A stretch of 64,000 nt of DNA from Dehalococcoidia bacterium (GCA_965249275.1 CBDFLQ010000006.1:224001-288000); one strand, 5' to 3'; shown: positions 10,639 to 21,430, counted from the first letter of the stretch. Notes: generated by a model not told the origin, from the letters alone. Made by a program: numbers and translations.

Positions 10639-11481
10639 ATGAAAACCGAGATACAACCACACCCCACCCCGTTCCCCTGGGGCCGATGCACCTTCGTCAT
10701 GGGGATCATTAACGTTACCCCTGACTCCTTTTCGGGCGACGGGCTCGGCGCTAACGTCGACGCCGCCGTCGAGCAGGGCCTCAGTTTCGAATCCCTGTCC
10801 GCCGACATCCTGGACGTCGGTGGTCAATCTACCCGGCCCAACCACACCCCCGTCTCCGAGCGGGAAGAGCTCATCCGCGTCATTCCCGTCGTCAAATCTC
10901 TTGCCTCCCGCTCAAACCTTCCTATCAGCATCGACACTTTCTACGCCCGTGTCGCCGCCGAGGCCCTCTCTGCTGGCGCATCCATAGTCAATGATCAGTG
11001 GGCCCTCCGCCGCGATCCCGAGATGGCCCCTCTCGCCGCCGAGGCCGGAGTCCCCGTCGTCCTTATGCACAACCAGAGCGGCACTGACTACGATGACCTC
11101 ATCCCCGACATGAGGGCCAGTCTTGCCGCGAGCGTCGACAACGCCTTGCAAGCCGGCGTACGCCCCGAGAACATCATAATCGACCCCGGTCTTGGCTTCG
11201 GCAAAACTCTCGAACACAACCTGGAGGTCGTGAGAAGGCTTTCGGAGTTAAAGGGTCTTGCCCCGGCCATCCTGGTCGGCCCTTCCCGGAAATCAATGAT
11301 CGGGCGCACTTTGAACCTGCCCGTGGATCAGAGAGTTGAGGGCACGGCAGCTATCGTGGCCCTCTGCATCGCAAACGGCGCAGACGTCGCAAGAGTGCAC
11401 GACGTCCGGGAGATGGTCAGAGTCTGCCGCATGGCCGACGCTATAGTCAGGGTGCCCGTAAACGGCCATGAGGCCAAATAG
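10639..11481 (+). CDS. folP: Dihydropteroate synthase
   Basis: MGIINVTPDSFSGDG, SIDT, DPGLGFGK, SRKS, RVHDV. Confidence 0.95.
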   Translation: MKTEIQPHPTPFPWGRCTFVMGIINVTPDSFSGDGLGANVDAAVEQGLSFESLSADILDVGGQSTRPNHTPVSEREELIRVIPVVKSLASRSNLPISIDTFYARVAAEALSAGASIVNDQWALRRDPEMAPLAAEAGVPVVLMHNQSGTDYDDLIPDMRASLAASVDNALQAGVRPENIIIDPGLGFGKTLEHNLEVVRRLSELKGLAPAILVGPSRKSMIGRTLNLPVDQRVEGTAAIVALCIANGADVARVHDVREMVRVCRMADAIVRVPVNGHEAK

Positions 11482-11483
11482 AT

Positions 11484-12074
11484 ATGTCGATTACGAGCAT
11501 CGGGCACAAGTGGAAAGTTTATCTGGGCCTCGGGTCCAACATCGGGAGTAAAGAGGCTAATGTCTCCCGGGCCCTCAAGCTCCTCCCCAACCAGGTCACG
11601 GTCACCGAGGTCTCATCTATCTACGAAAGCGAGCCCGTCGGATTCAAGGAGCAGCCTTGGTTCGTCAATGTCGTCTGCTCGGCCTATACCGACCTTTCTG
11701 CACCGCAGCTCCTCGACTACGTAAAGAATATCGAGGGCCAGATGGGCCGAATAATGAGCTTCAAGGATGGCCCCCGCGTCATTGATATCGACATCCTCTT
11801 CTACGGGGACCAGGTCATCGACACCCCTGACCTCACCATTCCCCACCCCCGCATCGCCGAGCGCGCCTTCGTTCTCCTCCCCCTCTCCGAGCTCAACCCG
11901 CTCCTCTTCCATCCCTCCAAATCCCGGACCGTCGCCCAACTCTTGTCCGCCCTCACCAAGCCAGAGCGCGTAAAGAAGCGCAAGTGGAGCACTCTCTACG
12001 GCAAAGACCTGACCTCCACGCCCAAGGGAACGTTGATAGAAAACGAAGAGGGTGACCTTAAGACCCGCTCCTAG
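11484..12074 (+). CDS. folK: 2-amino-4-hydroxy-6-hydroxymethyldihydropteridine diphosphokinase
   Basis: YLGLGSNIG, SSIYESEP, GPRVIDIDIL, IPHPRIAERAFVL. Confidence 0.95.
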   Translation: MSITSIGHKWKVYLGLGSNIGSKEANVSRALKLLPNQVTVTEVSSIYESEPVGFKEQPWFVNVVCSAYTDLSAPQLLDYVKNIEGQMGRIMSFKDGPRVIDIDILFYGDQVIDTPDLTIPHPRIAERAFVLLPLSELNPLLFHPSKSRTVAQLLSALTKPERVKKRKWSTLYGKDLTSTPKGTLIENEEGDLKTRS

Positions 12075-12078
12075 CCAT

Positions 12079-12261
12079 CTATTGCCGCATCTCCCGAGGC
12101 AGAAAATCCGGGATTGAGTCTATGATCGGGTACGTGTGCGGGCACCGCGGACACAGCAGAGACCCCGATACCACCTCGTCCCCTTCCTCCTGCGCCGCTG
12201 TCAGTTTCAATTCACCCTTACATTCAGGGCATGCAAGAATGTCCATTAAGTCCTTTTTCAT
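12079..12261 (-). CDS. Trm112/YcaR-family small protein
   Basis: MKKDLMDILACPECKGEL...LLCPRC...YPIIDSIPDFLP. Confidence 0.85.
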   Translation of the reverse strand: MKKDLMDILACPECKGELKLTAAQEEGDEVVSGSLLCPRCPHTYPIIDSIPDFLPREMRQ

Positions 12262-12457
12262 CTTTGGAAACTCCGAGAGCCTTGGCGATGCGCAACGCCG
12301 GGGCCTTCGCCCCTTGGCTCCTGCCTAACCATTCACCCTCTGATGCGTTATATTATAACCGTGACTCTGAACACTTCTCAGACCGTGTCTCAACCCTTTG
12401 AGCTATCCTTTCAAAGGAGACCGGCCCCGTAGCGGCCCAGTTTTTCGGAGAGGCCAT

Positions 12458-13402
12458 ATGAAGGCAACGCGCCTAACTAAACAGCTCAATATCCAATCCC
12501 CAATAATCCAGGCCGGTATGCCTTGGGTTTCCAACGCCGAGCTTGCCGCCACCGTATGCAACTCTGGCGCCCTCGGCATGATCACCCCCAACGCCGGCCT
12601 CCAGGAAGACGGCGACGAGATTGAAAACTATCAAACCCAGCTTCGTAAGATAAAGGCCCTGACCTCTCGCCCCTACGGCGTATGCCTGTTCATGGACCAT
12701 CCCATGCTGGACATCCTGGTCAGCATTACCACCGAGCAGGCCGTTCCCATAGTCGTGACCGCAGGAAACGGCGCCTCCGACCACACTGGCCACCTGAAGG
12801 ACGCAGGCATTACCGTCTTTCATGTAGTGGGATCCGTTCACCAGGCCCGTAGCGCTGAAGCCCGTGGCGCCGACGGCGTCATTGCCACAGGCCTTGAGGC
12901 CGCAGGGCCAGGTAGCACCGACCGGCTATCCCTGCTCACTCTCGTACCCCAAGTGGTAGACGCCATTGAAATCCCGGTCATTGCTGCCGGCGGAATCTCA
13001 GACGGGCGGGGCCTTGCAGCTGCCATCGGCCTAGGTGCCAGCTCTGCTTACATCGGCACCCGATTCGTCGCCACTCACGAGTGTGTCGCTCACCCCAACC
13101 TCAAGGACGCCATCATCAACGCCGTCGACACCAGCACCGCCATCGCCGACGTTAACTCCTGCCCCACCCGGCTCCTCAGGAATCGTGCCTTCGAACATCT
13201 CCGCAACTCAAGCAACGGCACAGACCCCGCCTCTTCGTTCTCAGATGCGCAGACCCGCGCATGCCTCTTGGACGGAGCCACCGACGAAGGCCTTGTTCAC
13301 TGTGGCGCTGGCGCGGGCGTGGTCAACGAGGTTTTGAGCGCCGCAGAGGTAGTCAAAAACCTGGTCAGCGGCGCTGATACCGCTATGTCCCGCATACGCT
13401 AG
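12458..13402 (+). CDS. Nitronate monooxygenase / FabK-like flavoprotein
   Basis: PIIQAGM, GADGVIATGLEAAG, PVIAAGGISDGRG, IGTRF; start moved to ATG 12458 after GGAGAGG. Confidence 0.85.
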   Translation: MKATRLTKQLNIQSPIIQAGMPWVSNAELAATVCNSGALGMITPNAGLQEDGDEIENYQTQLRKIKALTSRPYGVCLFMDHPMLDILVSITTEQAVPIVVTAGNGASDHTGHLKDAGITVFHVVGSVHQARSAEARGADGVIATGLEAAGPGSTDRLSLLTLVPQVVDAIEIPVIAAGGISDGRGLAAAIGLGASSAYIGTRFVATHECVAHPNLKDAIINAVDTSTAIADVNSCPTRLLRNRAFEHLRNSSNGTDPASSFSDAQTRACLLDGATDEGLVHCGAGAGVVNEVLSAAEVVKNLVSGADTAMSRIR

Positions 13403-14313
13403 TCCGACGACTTCGCCCCTCCCTGGAATCTGAGCTCCACTCCTGCCCGCTCTTCGTGTAGCTTGATTACCGAACGGGAGTCCTCTTCACCCCACCCCCG
13501 ACCCACGGCTTCCCGTATATCCTTCAATGCCAGTTCGATCGCAGGCATGGGCACATCGTATTCCTCCCCCAGTTCCGCAGCGAGCGTCACGTCCTTCATT
13601 GCCAGCTTAAGGGCGAAATCAGGTGAGAAGTCTCCCTTCAACACCTTTCCAGGGATGCTCACGTGCAGTGCAACCCCCCGCCCCACCGCTCCATCCCTTA
13701 CCGCCTTCCACACTACTTCCGGCTCGACCCCCGCCTTGACCGCGACGGTAAAGCACTCGCCCACCGCCTCCATGAATGCGTAGTTAATGGCATTGTGGGC
13801 CAGCTTGCAGATCGTCCCGCACCCGATGCTGCCGCAATACTGTGCTTTGTCCCCTATGGCATCCAGCACAGATTTGCACCGGTTGTACGTCTCCTCATCG
13901 CCGCTGACCATCACGGCCAACCTGCCGGCCACCGCGCCCGGTACCCCACCGCTCACCGGTGCGTCCAGCATTACACACCCCTTCTCCCGAAACATAGGCT
14001 CGATCCTGCGCACCAGGGAAGGTCTGTTGGTGGTCAGGTCCACGTACACCGAGCCCGGCCTCAACCCCTCCAAAACTCCACCCTCTCCAATAGCAACGGC
14101 CTCCATCTCCACCGGCCCGGGCAGGGATGTGAACACAATGTCGCTCACCGCCGCAACCTCCGCCGCCGAACCCGCCCCCGAGGCCCCATTCCCCAGGAAC
14201 GGCGCCATCAACTCTCGCCGAAGGTCCAAAACCGTCATCTCAAATCCGGCCTTCGCCACGTTCCGAGCCATAGGCCCACCCATGTTTCCCAGTCCTATAA
14301 ATCCAACTTTCAT
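13399..14313 (-). CDS. NAD(P)-dependent beta-hydroxyacid dehydrogenase (3-hydroxyisobutyrate dehydrogenase family)
   Basis: MKVGFIGLGNMGGPMA, LDAPVSGG, CKLAHN, FALKLAMKD; upstream ORF extension is a repeat. Confidence 0.9.
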   Translation of the reverse strand: MKVGFIGLGNMGGPMARNVAKAGFEMTVLDLRRELMAPFLGNGASGAGSAAEVAAVSDIVFTSLPGPVEMEAVAIGEGGVLEGLRPGSVYVDLTTNRPSLVRRIEPMFREKGCVMLDAPVSGGVPGAVAGRLAVMVSGDEETYNRCKSVLDAIGDKAQYCGSIGCGTICKLAHNAINYAFMEAVGECFTVAVKAGVEPEVVWKAVRDGAVGRGVALHVSIPGKVLKGDFSPDFALKLAMKDVTLAAELGEEYDVPMPAIELALKDIREAVGRGWGEEDSRSVIKLHEERAGVELRFQGGAKSSD

Positions 14314-14336
14314 TCTGTTAATTCCCCTTTCATAGC

Positions 14337-14372
14337 TCCGCTCATCCTTCGACAAGCTCAAGATGAGCGGAG
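14337..14372 (-). repeat. Family B REP-like hairpin (CCGCTCATCTTGAGCTTGTCGAAGGATGAGCGG), the one copy in reverse orientation
   Basis: Same core as copies at 16808, 28948, 39108, 40998, 42849, 47039, 49890, 53688, 56307. Confidence 0.75.
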
Positions 14373-14376
14373 ATCC

Positions 14377-16023
14377 TTACTCTATCGCCCCCCAAAGATC
14401 GTCCGCGCTCAGGGGCAGCCCGGCATCCGAGACCGCTGCCCGTGCAGCCATCGGTTCTTGCATCGACTTGTAAAATTCCGGTGTCCCGTATTCCCGAGTC
14501 TGGATTACCACAGGCATCGGCACCGAGTGGCCGAAAATCAAGGCCTGTCTGTTCGAGTCCAGACCCGCCAGCACAGTCTTCAACTGCCGCCCCCCGGACA
14601 CCCCGGATAGCACCCTGTCAACATCCCTTTCGTTGTCAAGCAGGCAGCATATCTTCGTTCCGATCTGGCTCATCACTTCCTCGTCTATCCCGCTTGGTCG
14701 CTGGTCTATAACCAGGAGAGTCACGTTAACCTTCCTCATCTCCCTGGCAATCACCCCGAATGTCGTCTGCCCCGAGAGCCCCGGCCCTAGAAACTTGTGC
14801 GCCTCCTCAATTGTGATCATCAGCCGCTCCGGATCGGCGCCCCCGTCTCCCAGCGCCATTTCCGCCCTACGCACGTACTGGTCATGGATCCGACGAGTCA
14901 GAAGATTGGCCACGAGAATATACGCCGCCAAGTTAGTCTCGTACCGCCCAAACTCCAGCACGACGCTCACGCCCCGCACCAGGTGGTCCAGGATCTGCTT
15001 CACCGCGTCCCCACTCCCGTGCGGCGTCAAGAAATCCATCCTCCTGAGTATTTCGAGCCGTCTCAGAAGCGCCGCCAATGCCGCCGGATTGACGTTTATC
15101 TCATCCGCCAACTCGGCCAATCCCTCACCCATGTTCAGGAACTTCTCCAGCCACTTCCCCTTCCCGTACTTCCGCTCCAGCATGTACGCCGCCTCAGCAG
15201 CAACTTGGCTTAGGTTGAGCGTCTCTCTAAGTAAGCTAATGTCCTCCGGCTCAATCTCCTCGTACCCGATCTTCACGTCGTAATCGGTGCTGACTTTCCT
15301 TCGCCGGGAGCTGTCCGGGTCCAGGGTGAAAACCGCCACCTTGGACGGGAAGAGCTGTTTCAATCCCTTAACCTTGTACCGCTCCTCGCTCCGACCCTCC
15401 CACCCGTATTCGCTGTGCATGTCGAACACCAGGTTGACCGCCGTACCCTTCTGGATCGACCCTGCCAAGAGCAGCCTCGTAAGGAAAGTCTTGCCCGTGC
15501 CGCTCTTCCCGAACACCCCATTACTCCGCTTCGCATATTCCCCAAGGTCCAGGCACACCTTGGTCTCCATGTCCAGGGGATTGCCCACGTAGAAATGCCG
15601 CTCGTCCTCGCTCCCGAACACTCGAGCCATGTCCTCCTCCGAGGCCTCCGTGACCCGAGAAAAGTGGGGTGGTATCGTCCTTACCGGCTGCGGCCCCTCC
15701 ACCCCCGACTTGTCCCCCACCCCGATCGTCAGCATCGGCGTCACTTTCAGTCCCCCGTACAACGCCGTCCCGGCAAGGACCTCCGCGACAAAGGGGTCTA
15801 GCGGATCCGGAGGGAACGCCGAGAGCCGGGCGTCCGAGCTTTCCAGGGAAACGTCAGTCACCATCCCGAAGAACCGCTTCGACCCGCCCTGTATGACCGT
15901 ATATCTCCCAACCGCCATGTCCTCAATCGGTGCACTACCGTCCAGCTTGACCGTCAATCCTTCGCTGAACGACCCACCCACCACCCGACCCAAGGGCACC
16001 CCGGCACCCGCCTCACCCTTCAA
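14377..16023 (-). CDS. herA: HerA-family ATPase/DNA translocase (HAS-barrel + P-loop)
   Basis: Walker A GKSGTGKT, VFDMHSEY, Walker B ITIEEAH, AREMRK, DQRPS. Confidence 0.9.
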   Translation of the reverse strand: MKGEAGAGVPLGRVVGGSFSEGLTVKLDGSAPIEDMAVGRYTVIQGGSKRFFGMVTDVSLESSDARLSAFPPDPLDPFVAEVLAGTALYGGLKVTPMLTIGVGDKSGVEGPQPVRTIPPHFSRVTEASEEDMARVFGSEDERHFYVGNPLDMETKVCLDLGEYAKRSNGVFGKSGTGKTFLTRLLLAGSIQKGTAVNLVFDMHSEYGWEGRSEERYKVKGLKQLFPSKVAVFTLDPDSSRRRKVSTDYDVKIGYEEIEPEDISLLRETLNLSQVAAEAAYMLERKYGKGKWLEKFLNMGEGLAELADEINVNPAALAALLRRLEILRRMDFLTPHGSGDAVKQILDHLVRGVSVVLEFGRYETNLAAYILVANLLTRRIHDQYVRRAEMALGDGGADPERLMITIEEAHKFLGPGLSGQTTFGVIAREMRKVNVTLLVIDQRPSGIDEEVMSQIGTKICCLLDNERDVDRVLSGVSGGRQLKTVLAGLDSNRQALIFGHSVPMPVVIQTREYGTPEFYKSMQEPMAARAAVSDAGLPLSADDLWGAIE

Positions 16024-16649
16024 GGTCGTATCCCTGCCAACAATGTGTAAAGCCTCTGCGGTTCCGCTGCCAGCAGCACGGCCAGCGCCTTTCCCGCCCT
16101 GACTAGAAACGCACGGTTATCCTCCGACGCCGCGCTCATCCGACGCAGGCAAGCCCCAATAAGTTGGTCGCCTGCCGGTCCACGCGCCCCGGCCAGAATG
16201 CTCAAGAATTCCATCGACTCCCCGAAAGCCGCTGCGTCTTCCGTTGGACAGTCATAGACGAAGGTATGCACCCGAGGTGGACGAGAAGGCAGCCTCTGCG
16301 TCATAGATCCGCCCGCTTCTCCCCCATTCCGGTACCCGACAATCTGGGCCGTGAACAGGGTCATCAGCAGCTTCTCTATCTGTGGATTGTTCGCGTACAG
16401 AGCCTCGACCGAACTCTCATCCTCGCCTCGGGCCAAGGGCTTTCGTCCCGGCTGAATCGAAGACGTCCCCGCCTCCGAAACCACCCCCACCACCTCCACA
16501 TCCCCATCGGGCACTAGCACGAGGCTGCCTAGTGCCGGGGGTTCATGCAGACGATAACACTGTGCCTGAAACGCCGTGGAGTCGCTTTCGATCACCTCTC
16601 CCACCCTGTCCGCCAACCGCCGTTCCCTGCTCTCCAAAGTGGAATTCAT
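16020..16649 (-). CDS. Stand-alone HAS-barrel-domain protein of the nurA-herA operon
   Basis: VGEVIES...FQAQCY...PPALGSLV, QRLPSRPPRVH; position between nurA and herA; start codon uncertain. Confidence 0.7.
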   Translation of the reverse strand: MNSTLESRERRLADRVGEVIESDSTAFQAQCYRLHEPPALGSLVLVPDGDVEVVGVVSEAGTSSIQPGRKPLARGEDESSVEALYANNPQIEKLLMTLFTAQIVGYRNGGEAGGSMTQRLPSRPPRVHTFVYDCPTEDAAAFGESMEFLSILAGARGPAGDQLIGACLRRMSAASEDNRAFLVRAGKALAVLLAAEPQRLYTLLAGIRP

Positions 16650-16771
16650 ACGCCGGATTGTAGCACGTAAACAGGATGCTTTCGGGAGCAAAATGCCTCA
16701 TCCCCATCCCGGAATCTGATAACCGGCGCAGCTCTCTCTATGGGCAGCATTTCTGTCCTCTCTCCCTCGAT

Positions 16772-16902
16772 GGGGGCCTCGTACAAACTGTGACGGAGGG
16801 GCCGGGGCCGCTCGTGCTGAGCCCCGTCGAAGTATGAGCGGGGGGAGGGGAAGAACGAGTCCCCATTAGAAGAGGCGTGACCGGTAGTTGTACGAAAATC
16901 CC
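16772..16902 (+). mobile_element. ~130-bp TIR element (divergent copy) in loop of family D palindrome
   Basis: Flanks TCGAT/ACGAT; ends TCGTACAA...TTGTACGA; internal family B hairpin. Confidence 0.65.
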
Positions 16903-16930
16903 ACGATTGGAGAGGACTGAGATGCCCCGA

Positions 16931-18181
16931 CTACACCCACCGAGTCTTCTTGCTCGCCGCCTTAGCCGACTTCACCATACTCACCCCACCACCCCCCAAT
17001 TCAATATCGACCATTCTCCAGAACTCCTCCCGGTCGGCCCCGTTCACCACCGCCTGCTCGTGCGCCTCGGCAAGGGCTAGAGGATATCCTTGCCCCAACC
17101 GGCACTGCTCCAACACCACCGAATGCACCAGGTCCACCAGTTCCTCCCGGCGGCTCGCCCATCGAGGCATCTCCACCCGCCCCACCTCCTGACCCACGTT
17201 CACGTAGAAAAACTCTACGTGGTGCTCCCGGTAACTGTCCCTCACTATGGACGACCGGCTCGCAAACAACCCAGACCTCTCTCCCACCCCGAGCAGCCTC
17301 TCAAACAGGTCCCGGTCCCGTATCATCGACACCACGTCGCATTCTCTCACCTCCCCTGGCGCGGCCACACATGCTGCACACCCCGTATTTCCGGCCCTGT
17401 ACCCGGAACAATGTCTGTCGCAGTCGGGGAAAGGCGTGTGAGGACAGAATAAGACTCTAAGACTGTTCACCACCTCAGCACTGCCGGGATAGCTGATGTA
17501 GGAGGCCAGGGCAACGGGTGCCTTCTCGGAAAGCTCCCGAAACCCATCCATCGCCTCTAGCAACCCTTGATCTAGAAACCTCCGCCTTACAAAGTCCTTT
17601 ACGCTGTCTCCTATCAACCCAATGGGCACCAATGTCCCGTCCATAAGACACACCGTCGGCACCCGAGGCGGCTCCTTTTCCATCTCTCTGAGCAGGTACC
17701 GGAACTCCTCCACCATCCGCTTGATCCCGACCATCGCCGGATTCATAAATTGCTCCCCCGCCGACTCCGGGTCCCTCAACACCAGGTCCTCTTCTCCAGC
17801 ATATAGCCTCGGTTCACTCCGAAGCTCAGCCCCGTGCCCCGACCCATACCGAAGCGCCGCCAGCCCGATGTTTATCAGGTAGCACCGCGCCGGCCCGTGC
17901 CTGTCCGAGTCTATGCTCGACCCATCCACCGAGGCCACTCCATAATCTCTGGGCACACTTGGGGCTGGATATTTTACCGAGATTGCCTCCAGCGGCTCCG
18001 ACACCAGCCACGTTACCTTCGTCCTTTCGATCCGCGCCCTCAGCGCCTCCGCGTCCATACCCGGCTGTTCGACCAGACCAAGCGCCGACTCCAGGTGCTC
18101 CTGCCAACCCTTTTCCCCCGACCGGATGTCCTCCGCCATCTGGGCTATCTGCCCTATCACCTTGTCTATTTCTAGACTCAC
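16931..18181 (-). CDS. nurA: NurA-family DNA double-strand-break repair nuclease with Cys-rich insertion
   Basis: VASVDGS, LMDGTL, GRVEMP, C-terminal GYPLALAEAHEQAVV motif; next to herA. Confidence 0.88.
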   Translation of the reverse strand: MSLEIDKVIGQIAQMAEDIRSGEKGWQEHLESALGLVEQPGMDAEALRARIERTKVTWLVSEPLEAISVKYPAPSVPRDYGVASVDGSSIDSDRHGPARCYLINIGLAALRYGSGHGAELRSEPRLYAGEEDLVLRDPESAGEQFMNPAMVGIKRMVEEFRYLLREMEKEPPRVPTVCLMDGTLVPIGLIGDSVKDFVRRRFLDQGLLEAMDGFRELSEKAPVALASYISYPGSAEVVNSLRVLFCPHTPFPDCDRHCSGYRAGNTGCAACVAAPGEVRECDVVSMIRDRDLFERLLGVGERSGLFASRSSIVRDSYREHHVEFFYVNVGQEVGRVEMPRWASRREELVDLVHSVVLEQCRLGQGYPLALAEAHEQAVVNGADREEFWRMVDIELGGGGVSMVKSAKAASKKTRWV

Positions 18182-20040
18182 CTCAGCACCCTGTCATCCC
18201 CGACTCTGCGGGTAATCCTCTGCTGGTCCAGGTATTCCATTAACGCCAGGGCGTACTTCCTGCTAGTGTCGAACATGTCCCGCACCTTGCCCACGTTGAT
18301 CTTCCCCGCCGACCTCGTCTCCTCGACTATCCGGTCCCTCATCTCCTTGTACGCTCCCGCGCTGAATACAACGTCCTGGTTCACCCTCACCACCTTGCCT
18401 CCATCCACCAGGCCGGCAACAAGCTCCCCACTGATCCCCAGATCTGTTGGTGGAGAGAACGGCTGGGCTTCCAACGCCGCCAGATACCGGTCTACCTCCG
18501 CCTGCTGCTTCGCACTCAGCACCCGAGAGTGCTCCGGTAGCCGTACAGCCGACCCCTCTTCAACCAGCGCTCCATCTTCTACCAGTTTCTCGATCACCTT
18601 CCCGAATACCTGCCCGCCAAGCCCGAGCCTGCTCCTCAACTCTTCTTTCGGCAGCCCCGTCCTGAGCGGGTGCTGCTTGTGATACGACTCCAGCGCCGTC
18701 CTCGACTTGGACATCACCCCACCCCAACCCCTCCCCGAGTACAGCACCGTACCGTCCATCACCCGTCCGTTTCCAAGAGCAGTCACTGCGTCACGGTCTA
18801 GCAGACTCTCTAGAGCCGGTGCAACATCCTCCGTTGCGATACCGCTCTCCTCCACCACCCTCTTCAACGAGCTCGGCTCCATCGATTCCAACGCCTTCAG
18901 CAACACCTCCTCAGGCCGACCCTCCGCCAGCACACTGAGCCGTTCCACTACCGGTTCACTGAACCGCTTGTGCCGGCGGGCCAGCGTCTCGATCACCTCC
19001 CCACCCCCGAGGGTCCCCTGGTGCGACCGTACGACGAACAGGTCTCCCTTCACGGCGGCTATCGGATATTGAAGGTGCAGTTGCGCCCACCCCGACTCCC
19101 CCGGTCCCAACTCCTGTTCGTCCAGCAGCCTGACCCGAGCCAGTGTCTCACTTGTACCCAAATGTAGCGTCACGGAGGCTCGATGCTTCACCGCCACCGG
19201 CGAGTCCAGTACGACCCGAAGCCTCACGTCTAGGGCTTCACTTTCCTTCAGCCATCCCCGGTCTGTCAGAATCTGTCCTCTTGCTATGTTTTCGTGACCG
19301 ATCCCCGACAAATTAGCCGCCACCCGTGACCCAGGCATCCCCGATTTCACACTCTGCTTATGCGTCTGGATCCCCCGTACCCGTCCCCTCTGCCCCCCCG
19401 GCGCCAGCTCAACCTCGTCTCCCACCGAGAGCCTCCCCCCAACCAATGTCCCCGTCACAACCGTCCCAAATCCCGATATCGTAAAAGCCCTGTCGATTGG
19501 CAGACGCGGGTGCCCGTTATCGTCCCTCTCCGCCACTCCATCCAACACCGAGTCCAGGGTACCCAGCAGCTCCGTCAACCCCTCCCCCGTCACCGAGGAG
19601 ACTGATACCATGCGCGTATCCTGCAGCGTAGTCCCCTTCAGCGAATCCATGATGTCGGACGTGACCAGCTCCATCCAGTCCTCGTCTACCAGGTCGCTCT
19701 TGGTCACTACCACCAGCCCCCGGTCGATGCGTAGCAAGTCTATGATCGCCAGATGCTCCCGAGTCTGAGGCATCACCCCCTCGTCCGCCGCAACAACCAA
19801 CATCGCCAGGTCTATCCCTCCCACCCCCGCAAGCATGTTCCTTATGAAACGCTCGTGGCCCGGCACGTCGACTATGCTCACCTCTCGACTGCTTGGAAGC
19901 TTAAGCCACGCGAAGCCAAGGTCGATGGTCAGACCCCGTTCCTTCTCTTCCCGCAGCCTGTCAGGGTCTATCCCGGTAAGGGCGCGTACCAATGCGGACT
20001 TACCGTGATCAACATGCCCCGCCGTCCCGATTACGTACAT
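18178..20040 (-). CDS. selB: Selenocysteine-specific translation elongation factor
   Basis: [28 protein letters not shown]-terminal winged helices ending [14 protein letters not shown]...TRRVGDDR. Confidence 0.95.
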   Translation of the reverse strand: MYVIGTAGHVDHGKSALVRALTGIDPDRLREEKERGLTIDLGFAWLKLPSSREVSIVDVPGHERFIRNMLAGVGGIDLAMLVVAADEGVMPQTREHLAIIDLLRIDRGLVVVTKSDLVDEDWMELVTSDIMDSLKGTTLQDTRMVSVSSVTGEGLTELLGTLDSVLDGVAERDDNGHPRLPIDRAFTISGFGTVVTGTLVGGRLSVGDEVELAPGGQRGRVRGIQTHKQSVKSGMPGSRVAANLSGIGHENIARGQILTDRGWLKESEALDVRLRVVLDSPVAVKHRASVTLHLGTSETLARVRLLDEQELGPGESGWAQLHLQYPIAAVKGDLFVVRSHQGTLGGGEVIETLARRHKRFSEPVVERLSVLAEGRPEEVLLKALESMEPSSLKRVVEESGIATEDVAPALESLLDRDAVTALGNGRVMDGTVLYSGRGWGGVMSKSRTALESYHKQHPLRTGLPKEELRSRLGLGGQVFGKVIEKLVEDGALVEEGSAVRLPEHSRVLSAKQQAEVDRYLAALEAQPFSPPTDLGISGELVAGLVDGGKVVRVNQDVVFSAGAYKEMRDRIVEETRSAGKINVGKVRDMFDTSRKYALALMEYLDQQRITRRVGDDRVLR

Positions 20041-20123
20041 CTACTCTCCCACTATCTCCAGCCCAGCTTAGAATATCACCCCAAAATCCTTGCCGCCAAC
20101 GTCGCCAATTCTCTAATGCAGAA

Positions 20124-20170
20124 TAAGAAAAATCCTCAATCCGTTGGGCAACCCAGTGGATTGAGGATTT
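20124..20170 (-). terminator. Probable intrinsic terminator after ychF-hemW
   Basis: Inverted repeat AAATCCTCAATCC (20130-20142)/GGATTGAGGATTT (20158-20170) followed on - strand by a T-rich tract. Confidence 0.7.
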
Positions 20171-20200
20171 CACATTCCATCGGTTGATGTGGAAATGTCC

Positions 20201-21430
20201 CTACACCTCGACCGACACAAACCTCTGGAAAACCTCGTTCCCTAGCAACCTCCCCCGAACCGTCAACCTCCACTTGTCCCCTTCTTTCTCCAACAACCCT
20301 AACCCTTCTAAGTCCCTGAGGTCCGCCCCAAACACCGATTCCAAAGACTGCCCAAACCGCTCTAGAAACCCCTCCCCCGACACCCCATCCAGCAACCGAA
20401 GCCCTAGCATCATCGTCTCCCCCATCTCCAGCGGCTTTGATATAACCTCCACCTCACTTACGGGCCCTCCACTCCCTAACGCCTCCGACATCGCTTCCGC
20501 ATCCCCTGTCAATAGTTCACCCCACCCCCCCTTCGCCTTTAATTCTTCCACCTTAGTCACATAGCGACGCGGGTTCTTCTCCTCCCAAAATCTGCATCCC
20601 CCGAGAAACGAATGCGCCCCCGCCCCGATGCCGACGTAAGACTCATTCCGCCAATAGACCAGGTTGTGTCGGCACTCCCTCTCCGGTTTCGCCCAGTTGG
20701 ATATCTCATATTGCCCGTACCCCGACTCTCCCAGCGCCCGTACCGCATATAAGTACATGTCGGCTGCCATGTCCGGGTCAGTATCGGCTGTCGCACCCCG
20801 TGCAACATCCCTCGCGAGGGGAGTGCCCTCCTCCACAGTCAGCGCGTACAAGGACAGATGCTCTGGCCCGAGAGTTCGGGCACGTTCCACCGTATCGACC
20901 CACTCATCTAGAGTGTGATTGGGAAGCCCGAACATCAAGTCCAGGTTTACGTTATCAAACCCCGCCTCCCGAGCCATCTCGAACGCCCTCTCAGCCGCCA
21001 TCGCCGAGTGTCTCCGAGTCAACGAAATCAAATGTGCGTCATTAAAGCTCTGCACCCCGATGCTCAGCCGGTTCACGTCTGCGCCCAGCAGGGCCTTGAG
21101 CCGCTCCACCGTCAGGTCTCCGGGGTTCGACTCCAACGTCACCTCGATGTCCCCGTCGCAACTGAAACCCCGGTAGCAGGCTCCCAAGATCCGTTCGACG
21201 TCTTCGACCGGCAGCAGCGAAGGTGTACCGCCCCCAAAGAAAATGGTTGGCACCCGGGTCCCTTTCCCCAACGCCGCCCCCCACATCCCAATCTCATCCA
21301 CCAACGCCGATACATACGCGGGCATCAGTTCTTCTATCCCCGCGTACGTGTTGAAGTCGCAGTAGTTGCACTTCGTAACACAGAACGGAATGTGCAGGTA
21401 TAAGGAGACCGGAGAGCCTTGGCTATACAT
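20201..21430 (-). CDS. hemW: Radical SAM heme chaperone HemW (HemN-like)
   Basis: YLHIPFCVTKCNYCDF, FGGGTPS, YEISNW, HNLVYW. Confidence 0.92.
   Translation of the reverse strand: MYSQGSPVSLYLHIPFCVTKCNYCDFNTYAGIEELMPAYVSALVDEIGMWGAALGKGTRVPTIFFGGGTPSLLPVEDVERILGACYRGFSCDGDIEVTLESNPGDLTVERLKALLGADVNRLSIGVQSFNDAHLISLTRRHSAMAAERAFEMAREAGFDNVNLDLMFGLPNHTLDEWVDTVERARTLGPEHLSLYALTVEEGTPLARDVARGATADTDPDMAADMYLYAVRALGESGYGQYEISNWAKPERECRHNLVYWRNESYVGIGAGAHSFLGGCRFWEEKNPRRYVTKVEELKAKGGWGELLTGDAEAMSEALGSGGPVSEVEVISKPLEMGETMMLGLRLLDGVSGEGFLERFGQSLESVFGADLRDLEGLGLLEKEGDKWRLTVRGRLLGNEVFQRFVSVEV

Noticed and set aside
10639-12074. Missing folB between folP and folK
   Set aside because: folB is often elsewhere or replaced; this cannot be judged from one window.
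18178-20040. Selenoprotein genes with in-frame TGA near selB
   Set aside because: The TGA-terminated genes I checked end at their natural family C-termini. No split ORF or selC tRNA was seen, though the scan was by eye only.
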